Shown here: piece after piece, positions 26,227 to 36,753 of the stretch
How positions within the stretch are numbered: position 1 is the first letter of the stretch
Layout of the letters: the number at the start of each line of letters is the position of its first letter
Assembly (NCBI GenBank): GCA_025201805.1
Contig: MU619258.1
Coordinates: forward strand, 62,001-126,000
Reading direction: 5' to 3'
Source: Parasitella parasitica NRRL 2501
Taxonomy: Eukaryota > Fungi > Mucoromycota
Length of the DNA: 64,000 nucleotides
Notes under the pieces: generated by a model
Told to the model about the DNA's origin: nothing
Databases searched by the model: none
The model's input: only the letters and a program-made list of their open reading frames with translations
Translations under genes and position numbers: made by a program

Positions 26227-27822
26227 TCACTCTGCTTTACCCTTTTTAAAGTAAGCGACCGCTTTGTTGTAAAGATCATCATCCTCAAGCACATCAGCAG
26301 CTGTCATGGCAAGACAGCGTGCTGCGCGGATAGTCTTTTTGTGCGCTTCTTCTGTAGCAGCAGCAGCTGCAAACTCAATTGTATGGTTTGCTGCTTCAGT
26401 GCCGATATCAAATCTAGCAATCAGGGTCATTAGAATACATGTGTATATAGTGCACCAGCCCTCTCTCTCTCTTTACCCAGCATGGATACCAGGCACAACG
26501 TAGGTAATGTTGCCCATGTCAGTGCTGCCAGTGACAACAGACTCCTCTTCCTGGCGGCTATGGAACACAACACCTTCTGCTTTCATATGGTCTTTGTACG
26601 TCTCGGCCAAAACTTCGTTTGTGAAAACGTCTAATAAACAATCAAATCAATTAATAGTTCGTGTCAATAAAACATCTCCTTTTTGAATATAAATACCATC
26701 AATCTGACCCCAAGGTGCCCATGTTATCTTCATTGTACAACCAGTAGCAAGTGCAGCAGCCTTGAAACAGTTTTCCACTTTTACTTTGAGCTCGGATAGC
26801 TGATCACGAGTGACAGAACGGGTATAAAAGTAAGCAGAAGCATAACCGGGGATCACATTAGGCTACAGCAGCATGAAATGTCTCAGAGAGGTTACGTGAA
26901 AGCAATCCAGACACATGTACTTACAGATTTACCGCCCTCAGTAATGATACCATGAACCCTTTAGAATGTATATATTTATATATAAATATCAGATGCTATG
27001 CAAACCCCTTCCTCTCCCTTTATGTCCGTTCCTATATTACCTGTTACTTGTCAGCGTTTGCTGTCTCAACATGGCTACATTGTCAAAACCTTGCATTAAA
27101 GCATCAAGAGCATTGACACCTTCCCAGGGAGTAGCACCCGCATGCGCTTGTCTTCCAAAGAACTCGACAGAAAAAGAGTTTAGTGCCAAACATTGCACAT
27201 AAAGACCATTGTCAGGGCCAGGATGCAACATCATTGAAAAATCAACTAGACGCTCCACGGTGCCAGAATTGACAAAATTACACTTGCCACTAGTAGATTC
27301 TTCAGCAGGCGTACCAAACAGATACACAGAGCCACAAATCAAACCTTCTTGCAATAGCTTTTTGATGGCCAAGGCACAGGCAACGCCTGAAATGGCAATA
27401 AGGTTATGACCACAAGCATGGCCAACACTGGCATTTAACAACAGCGTTAATTAAGGTGCATCTTGCAAGGTTGAAAAGATAGTATGTATATTTACCCTGG
27501 CAAGGCATCGTATTCACTACAAAACCCAATACGGCGGCCTGGTTTCTCATTTGAATATTCTGCAATAAACGCGGTATCAAGACCAACAACGCCACGACTT
27601 AATTCGAATCCGTTACTTTCGAGATAATCTGTCAAAAGATGAAATGCTTTGTATTCCTTGTTACCCTGTTCTGGGTTGTCATGAATCTATTTTATTGTCT
27701 GTTTAGCATCACTTTGCATATTTGTTTATATATTGTCATACCTTTAAACTAATGTCTCGAAGTTCTTGGTTATGATTGTTGATTGTGTCATTAATCACTC
27801 GGATAATTTCTTTGGAAGCCAT
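26227..27822 (-). CDS. PM20D2: Peptidase M20 family amidohydrolase (PM20D2/ACY1L2-like); about 8 exons
   Basis: IHDNPE, GFCSEYDALP|VGHACGHNLIA, FGTPAEE, GRQAHAGATPWEGVNALDA, GSTDMGNITYVVPGIH, ANHTIEF. Confidence 0.92.
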
Positions 27823-28338
27823 TGCAAAACTAAACGAAAAGGAACAAAAGAAGCGACATGATTTATCTTCAAGTATTTTATAGGTGGGAAATTGGATGAC
27901 TACACAGCATTCAAATAAAGTGTAATTTTTTAATCCAAGAAAAGAAAATTCAGTTGGTCACTTCAAAAGAGCCTCTCCTCATCGAACTTCCTTTATTGTT
28001 TTGTATTAGGGATATTACGATAATTTTATACGAATTTCCAATTACAAAGTATTGCAGGGAAAGTTGACGAGATTGTAAACTCTGAAATCTTGATGGTCGT
28101 TTCTTCTATCATATCATAATGCGTGGAACAAGTAGAGACCGGTGGAACAAAATGTAAAATTAAGATTTTTTAATGATCAAGTGCAAATCATACTGTGATC
28201 TAGTGTCCAATGGTACAAAAATCAATAAATAAAAAAAAGAGGGGGTTTTAAGGCATGTCATTATGTATAGTGCTACACGTAAATTTTGTTTATTATTTTA
28301 AAGAATGTTGTAAAGAGATTTACGGGTATCAACTCGGA

Positions 28339-29327
28339 TCAAAGATTTATTTTCTTTTCTTCACCATGCTGCTTCAGAGGCATTCATAAGTAAAGAAGGA
28401 TATACCTACTTTTCCGAGATTAGTTATTTTTCTTGAAATAAATTTAGCTTCCCGTACCTCTTTCTTGTTTGACAGGCTAGTCGTCGAACGATGATTTTCA
28501 AGCTGATGGTATTTTAAACCTAGAGAATCGTCATCGCTGCTATTGCTACTAACACTGTTACCACCGTCATTTTGGTTTTCTGCCATGCTTGAGGTTGGAG
28601 CGATCAAATTGGGCGGACTGTAGCCGTCTAAAATGTGATACATTTCGACATGCTGATTCTTTCCAAATAGTACAAGACGCTCCTTCTTTTCCTCTTCTTC
28701 TTCGCCTCGATCTGATGCTTTTGAATCTGGTTTTTGAATGACATGGCGATAGAGCAAAAGAGCCCCCTTTGAGTGAGGGCTCTGTGCCCAGTATAAAATC
28801 AATAATTTATAAAAATTATACTTCTTTCTTGAAAACATGAAAAGATCCGAAGCCATCCAGTGATCCAGCACTAAACCATCATGATAAGTGGGGGGTGGTA
28901 AGGAATCCTAGATGATACTGTTTATACCTTGAAAAGAACCAAATATTATCCAGTAGGTCAACCAAGACTTGAGTTTTTCGTCTTGCCCATTTAACTGACT
29001 TTTTACCAATTGCCAACAGCAATAGGCTGGATATACAACACCCAGTAAATTCAAGGTGAGCTTTGTTTTTCGATAGTACGTGCGGTAAACACCATAGCCG
29101 ACACCCCCACTGACAGCAGAGAATAAAAAAGTGGGATATACACCTTTTCTTACCAGAAACTGATATAGTCTCGACCGACTGTATACTTCTTCTAACGACT
29201 TGATGTGATCAACCAATGCACTTGTAATCGGTCTAGTAATGAACGAGATGTTGATAGGAGCACTCGCGTCAATTGCAGCTGTGCACTTTTCAATAACCTT
29301 TGAAGTTTTGTCGTGTTTGAAAGACAT
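28339..29327 (-). CDS. REEP/Yop1 (TB2/DP1/HVA22) family ER-shaping protein
   Basis: NLLGVVYPAY...LKSWLTYWIIFGSFQ|VLDHW...FYKLLILYW...KGALLLYRHVI. The last short exon is inferred. Confidence 0.8.
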
Positions 29328-29385
29328 TGTAAGAAATAACGATGATGGGAAGAGGAGAAAACCAGAAATTTTAATTAAATCAATT

Positions 29386-30531
29386 TCATATTTTGGCATG
29401 TGACAGTATCATTGGGCTCATTTGTATGTTTCCAGATTGCGTATTGAACATATCAATTCCACTCATTATCATCATTGCAATTTTGTCTTTATCGCCCATT
29501 AAGCTCATCATTTCGACATGATAAGATAAAACATAGCCGGCAGACACCAGTGTCATAATAGTAGCTGTATACACCACAAATACAGATACTGCCTGTTTAG
29601 CCAGTAGTATCATTGCTTCGAAAGGGCGTAAATTCAGCTGCAATCGCTTCACATAGACTGGGTTCAGCGCTTGACTCAATACGTCGATATCTCTGTATGA
29701 TAATAGCAAAGCATCGCCTAGTAGTTGCCTCGAATGAAGTCGAAATTCTAAATAGCTGACAAAATTACTGTAATTTATCTCGGATATATACAGATTGAAA
29801 TCCATGTCTTGTAAGATCCGCCTTTCCAAAGAGTTGATTTCTTGGTTGGAGTATGTGAAATGTGTCCATTCTGACCAGTCAGAGTTTAGCCAAGTCGCAT
29901 CAGCCCTATACTTGTAGTTGACTATTTAGATGTGCGTAGCAATGCTATAAAAAAAAAGCAAATCTTACATGTATTTATCTGCTACAACAATACTAGCAAG
30001 AAACAGGTCCTTAGGATGCCATTGCATCTTTTTGGTGGGCTGCTGAAAGCATTGATCGATGTACCAAAGACTACAGATTAATGAGGAGCAAGAGATCTGC
30101 GCTTTGGAGAGTGTTTTGCGGATAAAGTTTACATTTTCTCGATAGCGTTGACTTTGAGCTAAAGTAGTCGTCATAAACAGTAAATCACTTGTAGCCCCAG
30201 TCATTACACTGGCAATGAAAGAAGCGGCCAAATCTACACAAATCATGAATATCGAATAGCCTTTTGTCAATAATCGAAACGTTCAGTTACCAATCATATC
30301 GTAGGGAATAGGAAGATAGTTCCCGTGTAAACCTTGACTTTGGATCATGCCAAGCCATTGTCGAAAGGCTGCAACCTGCCCATAAACCTACAGAGGACGC
30401 AAATCAACAAAAAACGTTTGAATCTTTTTAGAAAATAATTTTACTGATTGATCTGATAAAAACTTGGATCTATCTCTTTCGGATTGTTCTTTTCGTTGTA
30501 ATGAACGTCTTCTCGAGTTCTTTTTTGCCAT
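29386..30531 (-). CDS. Pho80/Pcl-type cyclin with C-terminal TM helix (CNPPD1-like); about 4 exons
   Basis: ISCSSLICSLWYID...LFLASIVVADKYM|ADATWLNSDWSEW....EINSLERRILQDMDFNLYIS; hydrophobic tail AVSVFVVYTATIMTLVSAGYVL. Confidence 0.82.
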
Positions 30532-31038
30532 TCTGATAAGTATAATGAAAAAAGAGGCAAGCAAAAACGGATTAGAGGCACTCCGCTTAATGCTTTATAC
30601 TGATACCGAATATACAGCGCGGCTTGTATATTTTGTCCGCTTCAAAAAAAAAACCAAAAAAAAAACAAGGCTATTTGTTATGAAATGGATAAATTCTACC
30701 TTGTCTTTTTACTGCTGCAGATCCTCTTCAAGTGTCAACAATTCTACCAGTAAAAGCATGCGTAATAATCATGTAAGCTGTCAAGATTGAAAAAAAACCT
30801 GACATATTTTTTTTTGTTGATTTGGATGGAGGCTGATTAGTATAATTTTTTGTAGGATTGAAATCGATTCAAAGTACCAAGTGGGATGGCGTTGGCTTCC
30901 GGGCTGGATCTGATAAGCTGGTTTGGACGATCATGATATTTTTCTGGACGATTTCGCCTAACCAATTTAGATGAATATGATTATTTTGTAGACAAGTGTG
31001 TTTCTTTTTTAGACGAATGTGAGTTTACTCTCAAACTA

Positions 31039-31288
31039 CAGTGCTTCCAGCGTCAATTGGTCACCCCTTAAAACATTTTACAGACAGGCTATACCGTACT
31101 TAGTGATAAACAAACAGCAATCAAATTGGTTCTCTATTTAAACATTTATCAAATTGCTTCACAGAATGTTGAATGCAGTTTTGAAGCTGCTGAAGGGGAA
31201 CTTCTTCACAAGACTCGACTATTCTACTAGTCAGGGTTTCTGTGTCCTTAAGTGAATGGCGTTTAACTTTGGACTTAACAATATACCA
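31039..31288 (-). mobile_element. Tc1/mariner 3' end (transposase C-terminus + TIR), left-arm copy
   Basis: Mirror copy of 32446-32695; starts TA|CAGTGCTTCCAGCGTCAATTGGTCACCCC. Confidence 0.8.
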
Positions 31289-32445
31289 CCCCAACAGCGC
31301 GTTTTTCGATCACAGTAGGGCTATTTCTCGCAGTAGGATGCCTTGAAATTGTTTTGATAGAAAGGTTGCATTCATTTTTCATAAATTCTGCGACTCAGGT
31401 TTCCGTGTCTATCTCCATGTCCATTTTTTCAACCGCTGGTTCTCGTTACCTTTTCCTACGTACTAAATACGATAACCATAACAAGGGAACAAGCTATATG
31501 CATGTTATATTGTGTACCTTTTAACGACGAAAACGTCAAAAAATTTGTACCAACTATTGATGCACTGAAGAGTTTGGAGATCTGCTACAAGGAGGATCCC
31601 ATGGAGCCAATGCTAATTTCTTTAAAAAGTCTTGAAGCTCACACTGTCAAATATCGTAAATATCCTACCACCCAAAGCTTAGAAGAAAAGTAACAAGGTT
31701 TAACTTTTCTAGTCGAAGTCTTGACATTTAAGTCGTACTGCGGTATATTCTTTTGATCGGAGAGTCTGTTAGGATTACTTTTGCTGACTTAACCATTTTC
31801 CAAGGCTGCTGACATTTTGTTTGTTAAAAAGACAGTATTTCCTTCATTTCTACTTGTTTGCAGTTATACACCTCTTTGTTGAATGGGTCGGCAGGCAAAA
31901 ATACAATATTAAGATAATTGGCTACTTGTGCTTTAGAGACTATAAAAATATTTTAAATGTTACTGGATCATAGAGTGGAAAAGGTATAGTCTTGATTATG
32001 TACCTAAATACATTTGATTTTTATTCACACCTGTACTATCTTCAATATGTGATTCTTTTTGCTTGACTGAATATCTTTTGTATAGGAAAGGGTAGGCATT
32101 TATTTTGTAAATGCTGATCACTATTGGCTCCATGGGATCCTCCTTGTAGCAGATCTCCAAACTCTTCAGTGCATCAATAGTTGGTACAAATTTTTTGACG
32201 TTTTCGTCGTTAAAAGGTACACAATATAACATGCATATAGCTTGTTCCCTTGTTATGGTTATCGTATTTAGTACGTAGGAAAAGGTAACGAGAACCAGCG
32301 GTTGAAAAAATGGACATGGAGATAGACACGGAAACCTGAGTCGCAGAATTTATGAAAAATGAATGCAACCTTTCTATCAAAACAATTTCAAGGCATCCTA
32401 CTGCGAGAAATAGCCCTACTGTGATCGAAAAACGCGCTGTTGGGG

Positions 32446-32695
32446 TGGTATATTGTTAAGTCCAAAGTTAAACGCCATTCACTTAAGGACACAGAAACCC
32501 TGACTAGTAGAATAGTCGAGTCTTGTGAAGAAGTTCCCCTTCAGCAGCTTCAAAACTGCATTCAACATTCTGTGAAGCAATTTGATAAATGTTTAAATAG
32601 AGAACCAATTTGATTGCTGTTTGTTTATCACTAAGTACGGTATAGCCTGTCTGTAAAATGTTTTAAGGGGTGACCAATTGACGCTGGAAGCACTG
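32446..32695 (+). mobile_element. Tc1/mariner 3' end (transposase C-terminus + TIR), right-arm copy
   Basis: 32446-32613 translates WYIVKSKVKRHSLKDTETLTSRIVESCEEVPLQQLQNCIQHSVKQFDKCLNREPI*, matching the segment after the catalytic Glu of Mucorales DDE transposases as I recall them. Ends CACTG|TA, the canonical Tc1 terminus plus TA target. Confidence 0.82.
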
Positions 32696-32886
32696 TAGTT
32701 TGAGAGTAAACTCACATTCGTCTAAAAAAGAAACACACTTGTCTACAAAATAATCATATTCATCTAAATTGGTTAGGCGAAATCATCCAGAAAAATATCA
32801 TGATCGTCCAAAATTAATTTTTATTTGTCTAATTTTTTTGAGAATTTGTCTCAACTCCAAGTTAAAATACTGTATCTAGATACGAA

Positions 32887-33423
32887 ACCAACCTCTCTCG
32901 TGCTCACGTTACTGACTGTCTGCAGATACATCGCCGACTTCAATTGCCTGAATCTATCCAAGACCCTCTTTCTTTCCTGCTTAACTTACTGCCACTAAAA
33001 AAGCCCACAAATGCTCAATACTGCGCTTCCTGGGCAGTCCGTTGGCCTGCAATCTGCTTGATCCTATTCGAATTAGATCATATTTTCCACAATGAAGACG
33101 TTCCTCCGGCTCCTCCTCATATCGGTACTAGTTTCGTAGAATGGTTGCATAGGTAAAAGCTGCTAGTGTTTCTGACCTGTTTCTGGATTTTTTCTTTTTA
33201 TTTCTGCTCTTTTGTACTCTTTCATTTCAACTTATATTTGTTTCAATTTATAATTTCTTACCTCTTCCATACTTTTTTCGTTTTCCCTCTTGACTCTTCA
33301 GAGGGTTTTTTCTTTCCTTCCACTTGGCGAACTGGTCCGGGCAATGCAGTTATTCCAACTATTGTGCTCACTATGACCATTTTTATTTTCCTTTTTTTAT
33401 TTAATAAAATTTCTCATTTAACC
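32887..33423 (+). mobile_element. 5'-truncated non-LTR retrotransposon (LINE): ORF C-terminus + 3' UTR, flanked by a 15-bp target-site duplication
   Basis: GTATCTAGATACGAA occurs at 32872-32886 and 33424-33438. The open frame ...HVTDCLQIHRRLQLPESIQDPLSFLLNLLPLKKP...WAVRWPAICLILFELDHIFH...EWLHR* resembles Mucorales RT-ORF C-termini. T-rich UTR with AATAAA. Confidence 0.85.
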
Positions 33424-33865
33424 GTATCTAGATACGAAGCTCTATTTTGAGTTGGTATTCTACGTTTTATTCGACGAACACATGTTACAGTCAAATTACC
33501 TACTATTCCTTCTGAGCTCAAAGATTTCTTCGACCGAAAAGACTCGCTCTTCATTTGGACGAAATTTCTAATCGATAGCATCAATAATGTATAGCCTCCA
33601 ATTATAAAAGAAGGTTATTTCACCACAACTTTTAGATTTACAATTAATATTTAATATTTCTACCGTATCCGAATGTCAAAAAAAGAATTTTTTTTGCTGT
33701 ATACAATTTCTTCAGCCAGCTTTACTGATAGAACTAGCTATATATAAAAAGAACTTTATTGATTCCTTTGTCTTTTTTCAACATTGAATTTTTAATACTA
33801 ACATATATTACTAGTTTTTATATTGTATACACATAGAATCAATGATAGTAAAGGACACTATACAA

Positions 33866-36753
33866 TTAACGCATGCGTCTCAAGTGCTTTACCGAGTTTT
33901 TGGAGTAATCGTGAGCATCTTCGGAATTTTCAAATGATCGTTTACGACGTAAAGGGGAGGTTTGCACTCTCTCGCTATCAGTTGAATGCTCTTGAGAAGA
34001 CTCTGGCGATGGCGATCTTGATGGTTTTGCTAATGCAGGCGCAGAGGTAATATTGATGCTGCTGCGGGTATACTCTGTAACAGAAAAAATGTTTGGTGTC
34101 AAAGATGAGGGTGAGATTTGAGCCGAATCTGAGCCTTGTGCAGAATCGGTTCGAGGGTTTTCATGCTGCTTGGTATATTTCAAGTGTTTTGAGGAATTAT
34201 AGCATTGATCGTTTTCAGAGTGATCGAATGATCGTTTGCGATGTGAAGATAAGTTATGCATTTCCTCGCTGTCAAGTAAATATTCGCGAGGAGATTGTGG
34301 TGATGGTAATGGTGATGGTGATGGTGATGGTGATGGTGATGAGGTTGCTGATGCATTATATGAGCATAAAATTACAGGCTCTGTAGCATTGTTTACGTTG
34401 CTGCGGGTATCTTTTGCGGTTGAAGGGCCTTGCTCGCCAGCTGGCAGTGACATTTGAGCTTGATTTGAGGCTCGTGGTTGAAGGTAGCGAGCTCTTTCGT
34501 TAATGACTCTGGTTTCAAGAACTTGCTCTTTCACGGTTTCAATAGTATCGCGCTTAGGTCGAGGTCTTTCGAGTGGTAAAGGTTTTTGTCGTTGACTCAT
34601 GCGAATTGTTGGAGATGGATTAGGGATTCTCCATTGGGGGCTATTACAAGATGATGAGGATTCTCCAGATCTTTTTTGATTTTTTGAGAGTTCTCTAGAC
34701 TTGGGACCAAGGCCTCTACAAAGGGGGGCATTATTTTTATCGTTAGGATTGATATCAAGGTGATTGGTAAAAGATGACGATGTTGTTCTGTGTTCTGGGT
34801 CTTTAAGACTTGAGTTGCTGCTTGGTAAAACACGCAATCCACTGCATTGAAATGGTACCGCTGCCAGTTTTTGTTCACTATTACTGTCTGTAGAAGCCTC
34901 CAAAATGGTATTTGCAGCAACTTTTTGAAGAGGATTGAATATAGGAGAAGCAGTGGGTACTCTGATAGCTCTTTGCTGCGACGATTCAGTGAATTTTCGA
35001 GTTCTGTCCAAGTCTTTAGAAAAATTTGTGGGTATTGTTGAGGTAGAAGCAGCAGGTATTCTGATAGTACTTTGCTGTGATGATTCAGTAGGTTTTTGTA
35101 CAGTATTCTTGTCTGTAGAAACGTTTGTGGCAACTTTCGGAACAGACCTGACGTTTTTAACTCTTTGCTGCAATGACTCACCAAGGCTTTGTTCTTTATG
35201 CTTGTCAGCGGAGACCTTTGATACGATATTTGCAGCAGTCGTGGGAATACGATTAACGATGCGAGAAGCTGTTGGTGATCTTTTGACCCTTCTTTGTTGT
35301 GATGAAATTTCTCCCAATGGTTCTGCATTCTGTGTTTTGCTAGGTGCTTTCGATAATAGTGGCGATTTCGTCAATACTGGTGATTTTGGTGATTTTGGTG
35401 ATTTTGGTAATCTTAGCAACTTTGATTCAGGAGACTCGGGGAGTGGCTGTATATACCTTATAAATCAGATTGTGGGGGGCATAAAAGATAATTTTAAAAA
35501 AGTAACTTACAGAAATATTTTCCTTTACAGTGTCAACAAAAGCAATAAATTCTTCTGTAATAGCTTCCTTTAAAGGCTTATTTTTTGGTTTCGACTTGGG
35601 AATAGCTTTGTTGACACAGAAGATAGTAGAGTCTTGTACAGTAGGAATTTTGCCCAGCTTCAACATGTCTTGACGGGAGCAGTTGCTTGGAAGAGGGTTT
35701 GAACGGATGTAATTCATTTCGTCAATGTCAAAGACCCATCGGTGAAGGAAACCAAGGTTAGCAAGGTGAAAGTTCTCGTTGTAATCACCGGGAAAGTCTT
35801 TTTTAAGCTTGCGTCTCAAAACCATTAAATTATGAGCAGTAGATTTGTTGTCTTTGTACTGTTTGAGTATGGTTTCCAAACACACTCCTTTGAGCGATGC
35901 CAAGTAATCACAACCAGATAAAATGCAGATATGGCGGAAAGTCTCGACATCATAGCCTTTAAAGGGGCTTGCATCGTTATGTAAGACTTGATCCAAAGAG
36001 ATCTCCACTGCATTGCCGTGTCGATTAATCTTGTAGATACATTTTTTGCACCCAAAAGCCAAAAGTTCAGAGTTTTCAGTGACAACTGCATCTGCCTTTC
36101 CTGTTTTAACAAAGTGTGCAAGCTGTGCATCTGCCTCGTTTGGTGCTACAATGCATTTGACCTTCTTGGCGACTAGTTTCTGCAAAGAAAGGGTCATGTC
36201 TTTTGCTACTTGCCGAAATTAGTCAACTTACTTTGATAATGGCTTTAATAATGCCATCAGTAATGGTTACAGCTTGTTGAAAGAATTTCTCGGCTTCGGC
36301 GAATTTTCCTTGCTTGTAAAGTGCATGGCCTTTTTTCAAAGTATCATTTTGACGGCTGGGAATTAAAAAAAAAAATTAGTTACAATGTTCAGGTGTAGCA
36401 TACAATGCTGCTTACTGGCGACGTTTATCACTGATAGCTTTTCCAAGTGGAAGAGGCAAACCATCAAACACGACAATGGGAGTGATACCATGATATATAA
36501 ACAAGTCAATATAGCGCATGAAATGTGTGATATACCTATATTGTGAAGGATTCAGTATTAGTGTAAAAAAGAAATCAGTTGTCGGATCTTACGAGTCTGT
36601 AGGCCTTTTTAATGCAAGGTTTGTCGCAGCACCAAAACCTCTACGGTGAAGAATACCATGGCCATCGATGGCAACCGTTTTACTCTTGTAGCTTGAAATA
36701 TTTATTTCTTTTTGAACTGGACGAAGAGATTCTAACAATCCTTTTATTCCCAT
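33866..36753 (-). CDS. EXO1: Divergent Exonuclease 1 (XPG/Rad2 family) homologue with substituted catalytic residues and a long disordered tail; 5 exons, about 890 aa
   Basis: MGIKGLL..LRPVQ...KTVAIDGHGILHR; PIVVFDG; FFQQAVTIT; IVAPNEADAQLA; VVTENSELLAFG; CILSGCDYLASLKG. Introns splice in frame (e.g. ATTTCT|gtaagt...tatacag|CCACTC). Confidence 0.85.
34297..34341 (-). repeat. (TCACCA)n hexamer repeat encoding SPSPSP
   Basis: About 7 copies of TGGTGA on the + strand inside the Exo1-like tail. Confidence 0.9.

Larger units (their letters stand above)
30922..32812. repeat. Long inverted repeat: 690-bp arms (30922-31611 and 32123-32812) with a 511-bp spacer
   Basis: Arms are reverse complements with a constant coordinate sum (63734) at both ends, so no net indel. 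One mismatch seen (30949/32785) in the stretches compared. The same ORF start MLYCVPFNDENVKKF appears on both strands. Confidence 0.97.

Noticed and set aside
31502-32232. Twin ORFs starting MLYCVPFNDENVKKF on opposite strands as real paralogous genes
   Set aside because: They arise from the inverted repeat and diverge exactly at the arm boundary.
34597-35573. 243-aa and 212-aa ORFs overlapping the Exo1 tail
   Set aside because: Alternative-frame or antisense shadows of a low-complexity exon.
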